Virus record (IMG/VR): IMGVR_UViG_3300037882_003154
Coordinates: 1 to 57,373 of that record
Origin: a virus
Direction: 5' to 3' (one strand)
DNA: 57,373 bases
Below the pieces are notes generated by a model. It ran no database searches and was not told the DNA's origin. It saw only the letters and a list, made by a program, of their open reading frames with translations. Below are positions 8,958 to 18,164 of the stretch, piece after piece. Made by a program: the position numbers and the translations under genes. The stretch's first letter is position 1. Each line of letters starts with the position of its first letter.

Positions 8958-10424
8958 ATGCAGATATTTGAAGAAGAGCGCGCTTTTGCTAATTTAATGT
9001 CGGATGATAAGGCGATAGCCTCATTCAATGTTAAATTAAAGAACATACCAGACAATCATATCCAAAAGATATTAGATCATAGTAAGTCTAATGCTTTGGC
9101 TCATTATAAAGACAAAGATCTATTTCATGTCCCGACCGTATTAGTGAGTGTTGGATGTAATGATAACGATGATGTATTTACCAAAGAAGAAACATGGAAG
9201 TCTCGCAAAACACCAGAAGATAAGCCCTTTAATTTAGAACACAACGAAGCCGATATTATAGGGCACATTATCAATAATTATGTCGTTGATGAAAATTTTG
9301 ATGTAATAGCAGATGATACTTCTATAGATCAGTTGCCCAATAAATTTCATATTATCACGCCATCTGTTATTTATACACATTGGCGAAACGATAAATTAAA
9401 AGAAAGATCTGACAATCTCATAGCCGAGATTGGTGAGGGAATATGGTGTGTTTCTATGGAAGCCCATTTTACTGACTTTGGGTATATGGTATTTGAGGAA
9501 GATGAATCTTATAGGGCTGTTGGAAGAAGTCAAGAGACTGCTTACTTAACAAAATATCTGAGGGCTTATGGTGGCTCTGGCAAGTATGATGGTAAAAAAA
9601 TAGCTAGGGTTCTAAAGAACATAACTTTTTCTGGCAAAGGATTGGTCAAGAATCCAGCTAATCCAGAAAGTGTTATACTAAATGGTTCAGAAAAAAATAC
9701 TAGCAAAGCAGAGGTTGGTGTATTAAATACTAAGACAAATGATAGTGAAATTAAAACGCAAGGTGAAATAATGGCTAACGAAAACCAAGATAAAGAGATT
9801 GCAGAACTTAAAGCCAAAGTCGAGCTTTTGTCAACCGAACGAGATGAGGCTAAAGCTAAAGCCGCACAATCGGCTGAGCAGCTTGTTAAAGACAAGATTG
9901 GTTCTTTGGAAGCTTCTATCAAAGTTCGTGATGATAGTATAACAGAGCTCAAGACCAAAATTGAATCTCTCGAAAAAGACAGTGTTGCAAGCAAGAAGTT
10001 AGCCGACGAAGCAGTTGCAAATCTTGATAAGGCTTCTAAGGAACTAGAAGCTATCAAAGTAGAGAAGGTCAAGGCTGAGCGAATTGTGTCACTAGAAAAG
10101 CTGGGGTTTGCGACAACCGAAGCTACCGAAAAATATGAAAAGTTTGCCGCTTTATCAAATGAAATGTTTGCTGAAGTTGTAGCTTCTCTTGCCGCGCTCA
10201 AACCAACCGAAACAAAGAAAGTGGATGCCACAGCTAAGAAAGATGAAAAAGTATTAGAGTCTGCTAAAGCTGATAAAGAGCCCCCACTTAATGATGTGAA
10301 TTCTGACAACGAAGACACTAATAAAGATGTGGTTGCGGCTATATCCAATCGCATTGGTGAGTTGTTCAAGAAAAATAGAAAAAACAAGAAAAGTGTCCGA
10401 AACGACGAAGAGGGAGATAACTAA
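8958..10424 (+). CDS. Prohead protease fused to C-terminal coiled-coil scaffold
   Basis: NDNDDVF...KPFNLEH...IIGH...VSME...FSGKGLVKNPANPES protease-like domain, then an Ala/Lys/Glu coiled coil; lies before the capsid genes. Confidence 0.78.
   Translation: MQIFEEERAFANLMSDDKAIASFNVKLKNIPDNHIQKILDHSKSNALAHYKDKDLFHVPTVLVSVGCNDNDDVFTKEETWKSRKTPEDKPFNLEHNEADIIGHIINNYVVDENFDVIADDTSIDQLPNKFHIITPSVIYTHWRNDKLKERSDNLIAEIGEGIWCVSMEAHFTDFGYMVFEEDESYRAVGRSQETAYLTKYLRAYGGSGKYDGKKIARVLKNITFSGKGLVKNPANPESVILNGSEKNTSKAEVGVLNTKTNDSEIKTQGEIMANENQDKEIAELKAKVELLSTERDEAKAKAAQSAEQLVKDKIGSLEASIKVRDDSITELKTKIESLEKDSVASKKLADEAVANLDKASKELEAIKVEKVKAERIVSLEKLGFATTEATEKYEKFAALSNEMFAEVVASLAALKPTETKKVDATAKKDEKVLESAKADKEPPLNDVNSDNEDTNKDVVAAISNRIGELFKKNRKNKKSVRNDEEGDN
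9717..9729 (+). promoter_or_regulatory. Intragenic putative late promoter
   Basis: GGTGTATTAAATA, 54 bp upstream of internal ATG 9771. Confidence 0.6.
9771..10424 (+). CDS. Nested in-frame scaffolding protein (217 aa, MANENQDKEI...)
   Basis: AGGTG SD at 9761-9765, in-frame Met272 at the start of the coiled coil, own promoter motif. Confidence 0.65.
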   Translation: MANENQDKEIAELKAKVELLSTERDEAKAKAAQSAEQLVKDKIGSLEASIKVRDDSITELKTKIESLEKDSVASKKLADEAVANLDKASKELEAIKVEKVKAERIVSLEKLGFATTEATEKYEKFAALSNEMFAEVVASLAALKPTETKKVDATAKKDEKVLESAKADKEPPLNDVNSDNEDTNKDVVAAISNRIGELFKKNRKNKKSVRNDEEGDN

Positions 10425-10906
10425 TGGCTCTTAAAACAGATAGGCATGAAGTAATAACCGACATTTCATTTTTTATGAATGAAACTGCCGAACGCGGTGG
10501 TGTTGCCGTTCTTTCCACCGTTGGTTCCGGTGGAGCAATGGATCAGTCCCAGGCATTAGTTACATATGCTGCTACTCCTGCTGGTAGACAACCGGTGGGT
10601 ATTTTGTTGAATGACATGGTCAATATTGATCAGACACGACAGCACATCAATCAGCACAAGAATGAAGTACAACAGGGCGGCAAAGTTACGATACTAAGAG
10701 CTGGTCATGTTGTAACTAATAGGATTGCCGGTGGCACAGTTGTATATGCTGGCGCTAAAGCCTATTTGGGTCCTTCGGGATTCCTTCAAATTACCCAAGG
10801 TACTGCGAGCGGTCTGCCATATGAGCCTTCCAATCCAACCGTTGGTTATTTCATGTCATCGAGAGACGAAGATGGCTATGCAAAAGTTGCAATTCAGTTG
10901 AGCTAA
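10424..10906 (+). CDS. Head decoration/cement-like protein
   Basis: 160-aa beta-rich protein between scaffold and MCP (PVGILLND..., KVTIL..G.V.T); GGGAG SD. Confidence 0.6.
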   Translation: MALKTDRHEVITDISFFMNETAERGGVAVLSTVGSGGAMDQSQALVTYAATPAGRQPVGILLNDMVNIDQTRQHINQHKNEVQQGGKVTILRAGHVVTNRIAGGTVVYAGAKAYLGPSGFLQITQGTASGLPYEPSNPTVGYFMSSRDEDGYAKVAIQLS

Positions 10907-10971
10907 TAACAAGTAACTATTAGAGTAAAAGTAAACAAGTAAAAAAAGAGAGAAAACCGAGGGAGTATAAA

Positions 10972-11973
10972 ATGGCTAATGATAAGCAAGACCAAGAATT
11001 GATGTCAAAACTTTTGCAACAGACTGTCTGTGCAAATGCTTCTCAGGCATCTGAGGCTGCCAAAAATTTTGCTATGGCTATTAGTCTGCCTTTAAGACAA
11101 GAGCTTTTGGCTGGTGATATAACCTATGGCATCTTTGAAGTTGAACAGCTTGCTCCGGGTCAAACTCCAGAATATCCTTTGGATTTCTTGGCTCCTGGTA
11201 CCGCCAAAGACTTCGTAGCCTATACCAACCCTCAACATGGCTATATTCCAGAACGAACGGTTGAAGGCGACTACGTTATGGTGCCAACGTATGGAGTCGC
11301 TAACAGTATAGATTGGCTTTTACGATACTCACGAGACGCTAGATGGAATATTGTCGAACGAGCCCTTGATGTCCTTCGTGCTGGTTTCGTAAAGAAAATT
11401 AATGATGATGCATGGCATGTCCTGATGGCGGCTGGTGTTGATCGAAACTTTATTGTTTGGGATGCCGACGCAAATGTTGGTCAGTTTACTAAACGGCTTG
11501 TAAGCCTAATGAAGTCGGTAATGCGCCGAAATGGTGGTGGAAATTCCACAAGCATGAATCGTGGTATGCTTACCGATGTTTTCCTTTCTCCTGAGAATAA
11601 GGAAGATGTTAGAAACTGGGGTATTGACATTGTTGATGACTTTACTCGGCGAGAAATTTTCTTGGCTGAAGATGGAGCTATCAGCAGAATTTGGGGTGTG
11701 AATCTAGTTGATGTGGATGAATTTGGTGAATCACAGGAATATCAAGATTTCTTCACGGGCTCTTTGGGTGGTTCTCTTGCCTCTGGTGATGTGGAGTTGC
11801 TAGTTGGTTTGGATTTGAGAAACCGAGACTCCTTCGTTATGCCAATGCGAGAGCAGGTACAGTTGTTCCAAGATCCAACACTACATCGCAGACAACGCGA
11901 CGGTTACTATGGATGGGCGGAACTTGGGTTGGCGGCATTAGATAATCGCCGTGTCTGCCTTGGGTCTTCGTAG
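10972..11973 (+). CDS. Major capsid protein
   Basis: 333 aa; follows scaffold/decoration genes; GAGGGAG SD; terminator follows; HK97-like C-terminal pattern (GYYGWAELGLAALDNR). Confidence 0.8.
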   Translation: MANDKQDQELMSKLLQQTVCANASQASEAAKNFAMAISLPLRQELLAGDITYGIFEVEQLAPGQTPEYPLDFLAPGTAKDFVAYTNPQHGYIPERTVEGDYVMVPTYGVANSIDWLLRYSRDARWNIVERALDVLRAGFVKKINDDAWHVLMAAGVDRNFIVWDADANVGQFTKRLVSLMKSVMRRNGGGNSTSMNRGMLTDVFLSPENKEDVRNWGIDIVDDFTRREIFLAEDGAISRIWGVNLVDVDEFGESQEYQDFFTGSLGGSLASGDVELLVGLDLRNRDSFVMPMREQVQLFQDPTLHRRQRDGYYGWAELGLAALDNRRVCLGSS

Positions 11974-12016
11974 TACGTATATCATACTACATTTTAGTTA
12001 GTCATCTTTTTAAAAT

Positions 12017-12044
12017 CCCCGATATAATATATCGGGGTTTTTTT
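12017..12044 (+). terminator. Rho-independent terminator
   Basis: CCCCGATAT-AAT-ATATCGGGG followed by T7. Confidence 0.9.
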
Positions 12045-12053
12045 ATAGCCGTG

Positions 12054-12068
12054 GGTGTATTTATACAC
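12054..12068 (+). promoter_or_regulatory. Putative late promoter
   Basis: GGTGTATTTATACAC immediately after the terminator, 50 bp before ATG 12104. Confidence 0.7.
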
Positions 12069-12103
12069 AGCAAACAAATTTCATATCATTTAGGAACAAT
12101 AAT

Positions 12104-12577
12104 ATGGGGCTATCACCACAGCAAATATCATTACTAAAAACCGACATTAATAATGATCCTGCTCTTTCTGGACTGCCAAATACACAAGACGACAATCTAT
12201 TCATAGCCCAGCAGTATGCCCTAGAAAAAGTCCCCAAATTTTGGGTGTGGCGTACAAATGTACCAACAGATGAAATAATAAACAATGGATTCATATGGTC
12301 TACTGTTGATGGTATGACGGTTGGCAAGTCTAGAATTTGGGACTGGATGAAATCGGTCGGATATATTAATCCATCCAAAACCAACGTGCGGCAGGGTCTT
12401 GGTGATGCTTTCGGTGTTGGGTCGGCTATGGCTAATGCTATCACTCCACATCTCAGTAGAGCCGCCAATAGAATAGAAGCCCTATTTGCTACCGGCGTTG
12501 GTACATCAGGAACCCCAGGAACTATGACCCTTGAAGGAACAATCAATTACTTAGATGTTCAATCTGCTAGGAACTAA
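12104..12577 (+). CDS. Putative virion protein
   Basis: 157-aa ORF with AGGA SD in the structural arm. Confidence 0.6.
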   Translation: MGLSPQQISLLKTDINNDPALSGLPNTQDDNLFIAQQYALEKVPKFWVWRTNVPTDEIINNGFIWSTVDGMTVGKSRIWDWMKSVGYINPSKTNVRQGLGDAFGVGSAMANAITPHLSRAANRIEALFATGVGTSGTPGTMTLEGTINYLDVQSARN

Positions 12578-12579
12578 TT

Positions 12580-13338
12580 GTGTTTGATAAGGAAAAAGAC
12601 CCAACACTAGTGTTGGCTGGAATTTGCTATACCTGTGAAAAATACCACGAATATACCGTGCCCATAGATCAAATGGGGCACAGTATGATGGAGTGGGGGC
12701 AAAAACACCTTGGGCACAAAATTGAATTTCATAGCCCCAAGAGATTTATACCAGCCAAATTAGACGATAGCATCTTCCAAGAACATAATTACACGCCTTG
12801 GTGGTTGGGTGAATTTAGTCCCAATGCCGACCTAAAAACCTCTTATACCGCTAGTACCGGATATACCATATCTCCACACTCTACGCCATTGGCTAGTAGT
12901 AGCTCACTCACTCTTGGTAGAAGTAGCGTAGCTGTTAATAACTCGGCTGCAAATGTATTATACTTAGATTATTTAATAGGCGGATTTAGCACAACTAGAA
13001 CAGCGCCAACAGCAGGGCGCATGGAGCTTTGGGCATATTCTTCTTTTAATGATACGCCATTGTATCCTGATAGAATCAGTGGGATTGACGAAGACTTAAC
13101 ACTAACAAGCTCAGATATTAAAAATGCTGGTATGTCATTTATTAACTTGTGTGTTACTGACACCACGAGTGCTCGCAGATATCCGTTTAGAGCAACATCT
13201 CTTTCTTCTTTGTTTAATTCATTTGCGGTTCCTAAATATCATGGGCTCTTTTTAACCCACAATACGGTGGCGGCTCTTAATCCAACTGGAGCTACACATG
13301 CATTTTATTATACCCCGTGTTATTTGTCGGTGGCATAG
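12580..13338 (+). CDS. Putative virion protein with N-terminal CxxC/His segment
   Basis: CYTC..H...H N-terminus, Ser/Thr-rich beta C-terminal region. Confidence 0.55.
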   Translation: MFDKEKDPTLVLAGICYTCEKYHEYTVPIDQMGHSMMEWGQKHLGHKIEFHSPKRFIPAKLDDSIFQEHNYTPWWLGEFSPNADLKTSYTASTGYTISPHSTPLASSSSLTLGRSSVAVNNSAANVLYLDYLIGGFSTTRTAPTAGRMELWAYSSFNDTPLYPDRISGIDEDLTLTSSDIKNAGMSFINLCVTDTTSARRYPFRATSLSSLFNSFAVPKYHGLFLTHNTVAALNPTGATHAFYYTPCYLSVA

Positions 13339-14099
13339 TGTCAAGATTGTTTGCTAGCGCACTTACTCAATATCTTCGGGTGGCTTCGTCTGCTATATCT
13401 GCATATCCATATACAATATGTGGTTGGTCAAAATTGCCGGCTCTGGGGGTAGCAGATCATTCGGTGGTGTCTATTAGTGATGGAAGTGGGCTTAATCAAG
13501 TGCTTATTAGATTAATTGATATTACTGCAACAACTGGTACAGTTAGATATCGTGTTGCAAATGCTGGTGTAGAATCAACAATTGATGCAACAACAACATT
13601 TGACGAAAATTCTTGGTTACACTTTGCAGTACGAGCTCTGTCAGCTACAGATAGGTCGGTGTGGTTAAATGGTGGGGGTCGCACCGATAGTGCTGTATCT
13701 TCTGCTCTTCCAACACTTACTGAATCTAGGCTTGGTGCAACTGGAGAAGCAACAGTACCACTGAATGGGCTACTGGAAAATGTAGCAGTATGGAGTGCTG
13801 GTTTGTCGGAGGATGAAATAATCGCTTTGGCACAAAGAATGCCAGTAAAAAAAATACAGCCACAAAACATAACGGCTCACTGGCAGCTAAATGATAATGG
13901 AACGCTAGCTATGGATTCTGGACCAAATAAGTATCACATGACAAATATTAATGGTAATATATGGTATCCAGAAATCTCCCCAATATATGTGCAAAAAATG
14001 GTTGGCATGAAATATTTTAGGGATCTGGTACAAGCTACAGCCAAATTTAGAAATAGAACCACTATTTTTAAGCCAGCAAATATGAGATATTTTATATAA
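13338..14099 (+). CDS. LamG/concanavalin A-like domain virion protein
   Basis: TICGW..., W.HFAV...VWLNG..., LNGLLENVAVWSAGLSEDEI..L; GTG start overlapping TAG (TAGTG). Confidence 0.8.
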   Translation: MSRLFASALTQYLRVASSAISAYPYTICGWSKLPALGVADHSVVSISDGSGLNQVLIRLIDITATTGTVRYRVANAGVESTIDATTTFDENSWLHFAVRALSATDRSVWLNGGGRTDSAVSSALPTLTESRLGATGEATVPLNGLLENVAVWSAGLSEDEIIALAQRMPVKKIQPQNITAHWQLNDNGTLAMDSGPNKYHMTNINGNIWYPEISPIYVQKMVGMKYFRDLVQATAKFRNRTTIFKPANMRYFI

Positions 14100-14266
14100 T
14101 GAATAATATTCGCTATGATAAAACAGATAATTTGGGTCATACAATATTAATAACATACCCATCTGGTGTAATATCAAATGATAACCACCTGAGTCTAAGG
14201 GTGTATTTAGATGTACCAGATCATAATCCTGGTATGTTTGGATCTCCAATAATCTCTAGGACATAG
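14099..14266 (+). CDS. Small hypothetical protein (55 aa, MNNIRYDKTD...), below ORF-track cutoff
   Basis: TAATG stop/start coupling with the previous gene; fills the gap before 14275. Confidence 0.5.
   Translation: MNNIRYDKTDNLGHTILITYPSGVISNDNHLSLRVYLDVPDHNPGMFGSPIISRT
14200..14217 (+). promoter_or_regulatory. Putative late promoter
   Basis: GGTGTATTTAGA, 75 bp before ATG 14275. Confidence 0.5.
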
Positions 14267-14274
14267 GATTATAA

Positions 14275-14976
14275 ATGCCCTTTTTAGATGGTGTGGCTGT
14301 AAATCAGGTGGTGGTATTCAATGTGGCTACACACAGCCCATCTGGTGGACATTCACAAGCCGCAGATGAATTGCCACGATTCTGGGTATTTGAAAACGAG
14401 AATGACACCCCAATTATTGCCGCGTCTAGTTTAGTGGAAAGGGTTGGGTTTCCTGGTTTTTATAGGGCTAAACTGAATGTTTTATCGCCCACCTTTTCTA
14501 TTGGTGGTTCCTATGGTGTTCTTATATCCGGCAAAGTTGACGGGATCAAGGGGTTTTTGCCCATAGACTTTATTGCTGTTACTGGGACGCCACAAGTTAA
14601 TATAGTACAGATTACTGGATCTCCTATAACCTCAGTATCTTTCAATCCTAATGTATATTTTGCTAGGGTGAGAATGGATAGAGATACCACCAATGGATTC
14701 GATGAATATGTGTCTAGGTGGTATAGGAATGATACTGTTTTGGGCTCTGGGGAAGTGGTTTCACCAACCATTAATGTTATTAAAGTAAGTGATGGCACAG
14801 ATCTGATACCATCTACTGGTATGTCGTACATTAGTGTTAATACTGGTAATGTAAAATATATAGAAAGTGCCGCTGGGCGCAAAATTACGACAGGAGAGTC
14901 CTATATTATTAGGGTGGCGGCTACCCTAGATGGTGGGGTACGGGTTTGGGAAGAATTACTAAGCCGTGATGGCTAA
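14275..14976 (+). CDS. Putative virion protein, two Ig-like beta domains
   Basis: Two similar halves (G.Y...G.SY.V.I.G.VDG / G..KY...GESYII.V.AT.DG). Confidence 0.55.
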   Translation: MPFLDGVAVNQVVVFNVATHSPSGGHSQAADELPRFWVFENENDTPIIAASSLVERVGFPGFYRAKLNVLSPTFSIGGSYGVLISGKVDGIKGFLPIDFIAVTGTPQVNIVQITGSPITSVSFNPNVYFARVRMDRDTTNGFDEYVSRWYRNDTVLGSGEVVSPTINVIKVSDGTDLIPSTGMSYISVNTGNVKYIESAAGRKITTGESYIIRVAATLDGGVRVWEELLSRDG

Positions 14977-14977
14977 T

Positions 14978-14989
14978 GGTGTATTTTAG
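14978..14989 (+). promoter_or_regulatory. Putative late promoter
   Basis: GGTGTATTTTAG, intergenic, 50 bp before ATG 15028. Confidence 0.7.
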
Positions 14990-15027
14990 TAATGAGATAT
15001 AAAATAACTGCACGGGAGCCTTAACAA

Positions 15028-15453
15028 ATGAGTTCGTTAAATAATTTCGCCGAAAGTGGTATCGCAAACCATTTGTTTAGAACTACTTCGTTTGCTAAAC
15101 CACTGACCATAGCCGTTGGTTTATCATCTATTTCTCCCGACGATCTCAATATAACCGAACTGCCTAATGCTAATGCCTATGCTAGAGTCGATTTGGGTCC
15201 TCCACTAGATGCCCTATTTTCACAAATATCACAGCAAGCCAATGGCTCTGGTGTTATATATAACGAAAGCGTAATCACATTCCCAACATGTACTAGTACA
15301 TGGGGGTGGGTGTCGGGTCTCTTTTTGTCTAATTCGGGCGTATATAATGCTGGCAATTTTCTAATGCAGGGTCCTTTAACTGTGGCTAAGTTCGTAACCA
15401 CCAATGATACATTTTCTATTCCGAGATCTGGATTAGCTATCTACTTTGCATAA
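15028..15453 (+). CDS. Small fibre/minor tail-associated structural protein
   Basis: E.....YARV...N...ITFPT....WG.V.......GNFL..GPL....V...DTF pattern common in phage minor structural proteins. Confidence 0.6.
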   Translation: MSSLNNFAESGIANHLFRTTSFAKPLTIAVGLSSISPDDLNITELPNANAYARVDLGPPLDALFSQISQQANGSGVIYNESVITFPTCTSTWGWVSGLFLSNSGVYNAGNFLMQGPLTVAKFVTTNDTFSIPRSGLAIYFA

Positions 15454-15472
15454 TTAGGGACGGGTTGACAAT

Positions 15473-16729
15473 GTGTATTACAGGAAATTCCTTCTCTTAC
15501 ATCAGACATATTATGAAGAGGAATCAGATAATCAGTTACTAGGCTCTATTCTTTATGCTAGTGCTGATATTGCTGTGGTTGGCAGAGTTTTAGATAATAG
15601 TGCTGTCAACATTAGCTCACCATCATCTCTTGGTGGCGTGTTTTATTTGTCTGATTTGACATCACTTTCTCAGTCATCTTATGTGGCTGGGGCGTTGGGT
15701 ATTGGTAGTTTTTTGCCATTAGCCCAAAATCTTATTGGGGCTATTTCTCCATTATTATTAGTATCAGCCCTAAATAACAATGCCCTGAATAACATTGGTG
15801 GGCTCATAGGACTAATGGACATTGGTAATATTACACCCATGTCTGCTCTGTCAATTCTTGGGCACGATCGGCTGGCTGGCATTGGGAATATACAACCAAA
15901 TGCAAGCAACCTAATCGGATCTGTAGTTACATTATCTGCGGACAGTAGATTAAATAATTTTGTTCTAAATAATATCGGTAATTATATTGTTTTAGAGGGT
16001 ATCACTAATATCATATCAAGAGCCCTATCATCTATTTTGGGCTATAATAGATTTGTTAATGTTGGTTATATAACTAGCGATAGTACGATTACTGTAGCTG
16101 GTCAAGTACAAGGCAATGGTACATTAACAGCTATCGGTTTTATTGGTTGTGATGCTAAGTTGGCGATTAACTCAAATCTACATCTAGACAATATCTGCTA
16201 TGTGCTTGATGGTTGTACCAATAATTTTGTAGGAAATATTCAGTTTGGGCTTTCCGACCATATTCAATCAATAGCAAGAAATGAGATTGGGGCTCTGTCT
16301 GAAACTACACTGAAATCATCACTGAGCAATAATCCCACTGTGTCTTTGGCTGGTTATGACATGCTAACAGGAGCCACAAATGCCCTATATAATACTGTGG
16401 TTAATATTAGGGGTTTTGCACCACTTATTAATGTTGGTCAGATATTATCTGATAGTTTTATTATTATTGGTGGTCAGGTTATTGGTGAGTCTAAGATGTC
16501 TGTTCAAAATACCCTGGAAGCCCAATCATATTTAAATATATTGTCTAATAATAGTTTATATAATATTGGATATATAGCAGCCTCTTTGACAAACCCAAGC
16601 CAATTTGATAGTATTTTTGGTCCACATATTCTTTATATAGAGCAGATGCCATCATTTGATCCACTGTATATTGAACAGCAAAAGAGTTATAATGTTTATT
16701 TAGAAGCCCTTCTGGATGTTTTGGGATAA
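15473..16729 (+). CDS. Beta-repeat fibre-like protein (paralog of 18164..19708)
   Basis: Ile/Asn/Gly/Ser-rich degenerate repeats; shares ITVAGQV and a C-terminal YI(E/D)Q. Confidence 0.6.
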   Translation: MYYRKFLLLHQTYYEEESDNQLLGSILYASADIAVVGRVLDNSAVNISSPSSLGGVFYLSDLTSLSQSSYVAGALGIGSFLPLAQNLIGAISPLLLVSALNNNALNNIGGLIGLMDIGNITPMSALSILGHDRLAGIGNIQPNASNLIGSVVTLSADSRLNNFVLNNIGNYIVLEGITNIISRALSSILGYNRFVNVGYITSDSTITVAGQVQGNGTLTAIGFIGCDAKLAINSNLHLDNICYVLDGCTNNFVGNIQFGLSDHIQSIARNEIGALSETTLKSSLSNNPTVSLAGYDMLTGATNALYNTVVNIRGFAPLINVGQILSDSFIIIGGQVIGESKMSVQNTLEAQSYLNILSNNSLYNIGYIAASLTNPSQFDSIFGPHILYIEQMPSFDPLYIEQQKSYNVYLEALLDVLG

Positions 16730-16736
16730 GATCCCT

Positions 16737-16748
16737 AGTGTATTTATA
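16737..16748 (+). promoter_or_regulatory. Putative late promoter (variant)
   Basis: AGTGTATTTATA, intergenic, 43 bp before ATG 16780. Confidence 0.6.
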
Positions 16749-16779
16749 AGAGACAATTAGTGCAACAAATGAGGAATTT

Positions 16780-17457
16780 ATGCCAGATAATATTTATGTA
16801 ACACCCGGAACCGGAGTGCTAGTAGCCTGTGATGACATTAGCGGTGTTTTTTACCAAAGGATTAAACTAACAGATGGCACTCCAGATTCTGAACAATACA
16901 TACCTGGAACTAGTGGATTTGGTCTGTATGTAGATGTGCGGAGGCTTCCATCTGGTGATGCTGATTTTGTTAGGACCAAAGGATACTTTAGTATGCCCTC
17001 AGTATCATTTACAAGACCAGCCAACACAACAGCCTATGCTGTAAACGACGCTATATCTGATAGTACAAGCGCCCCATTTGTTGGTGGGTTTGTGTTTCGG
17101 AATGTTGTTGATGGGAACAATAGACACGGCATTATTACTGATGCTATTGTGGTTACTAATAATGATCCAGCCACATTATTACAAGGTGAAATGTTCATAT
17201 TTAATAGTTCTATAGCCAATATAAATGATAATGCCGCCTTTGCTGTTTCCGATCCACATATCAAGAGTTGTTTGGGCAAAATACCATTTACACTAGAAGA
17301 CGTTGGCAATAATGGGTTTTATCATGCACAAAATCTCAATATAGGATTTATGTCTTTGAGTGGTGATTTACGAATGCTCGTAAGAGCTAAAAATGCTTAT
17401 ACTCCAGCGAGTGCCGAACAGCTTACCTTTACTATTAAGGTTATGGAGATCGACTAA
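16780..17457 (+). CDS. Putative virion protein
   Basis: GAGG SD; N-terminal VA.D.I.GV.YQRIKL..G and FTRPANTTAYA..D motifs typical of phage structural proteins. Confidence 0.6.
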   Translation: MPDNIYVTPGTGVLVACDDISGVFYQRIKLTDGTPDSEQYIPGTSGFGLYVDVRRLPSGDADFVRTKGYFSMPSVSFTRPANTTAYAVNDAISDSTSAPFVGGFVFRNVVDGNNRHGIITDAIVVTNNDPATLLQGEMFIFNSSIANINDNAAFAVSDPHIKSCLGKIPFTLEDVGNNGFYHAQNLNIGFMSLSGDLRMLVRAKNAYTPASAEQLTFTIKVMEID

Positions 17458-18164
17458 TGTTTAAGCCTTTTGCGGCTCGCTTTGTATCTAGTCACATACC
17501 AACACCACCGGTGTTAGCTACATCTGGCTGTTTATATATGTCTACCAGTACAACCACTGTTAATGAAAATACATCTACTTTTACTGGAATAAACATAGGG
17601 ACGCCACATCTGCATAGAATGGTAATATTGGGCATATGGCATGGCGTAAACGCCGCCCCAACAGCAACCATTAATGGTATTAATTGCTATATCATAAGAC
17701 TAAATGAGTTTAGTATAGGGTATGCTAATGTGCCCCATGATAACACAGCCACTATTACTGTAACCGCCGCTTCTAGCTTGACTAAAGCTGTTAGTGTTTT
17801 TATTGCATATCCACAAAGCCCTATACCATTAGATTTTGTTACAGCTTCAGCCAACACAACCACCAACGCAAATGCTGCTAATATAAAGACACAAGCCGGA
17901 GGGTGTATCATATATTCGGGTGGTCAAAATGCTACGCTAGGAGCTTTTACTACCACATGGAATGGTCCTAATGGCGATCCGGTTAATGAAAGTGTTGATG
18001 CTCAGCTTGAGGCTGGCAGTTATACAAGTGGATTCATAAACATCACCAGAAGTAATGATCTGGGCGATCTTAATATGGCAGAAACAGTTTCGGGCACAAA
18101 GAGGCTAATAACAGTATCGTTTGGACCACCACTAGCCCTGACAAATATATTTAGGTTGGCTTAA
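17457..18164 (+). CDS. Putative virion protein (Thr/Ala-rich beta protein)
   Basis: TAATG-coupled ORF in the structural arm. Confidence 0.55.
   Translation: MFKPFAARFVSSHIPTPPVLATSGCLYMSTSTTTVNENTSTFTGINIGTPHLHRMVILGIWHGVNAAPTATINGINCYIIRLNEFSIGYANVPHDNTATITVTAASSLTKAVSVFIAYPQSPIPLDFVTASANTTTNANAANIKTQAGGCIIYSGGQNATLGAFTTTWNGPNGDPVNESVDAQLEAGSYTSGFINITRSNDLGDLNMAETVSGTKRLITVSFGPPLALTNIFRLA

Noticed and set aside
9566-10387. 273-aa antisense ORF, and the many other antisense ORFs in the track (e.g. within the TMP)
   Set aside because: Shadow frames of real genes with Ser/Leu-rich composition and no motifs
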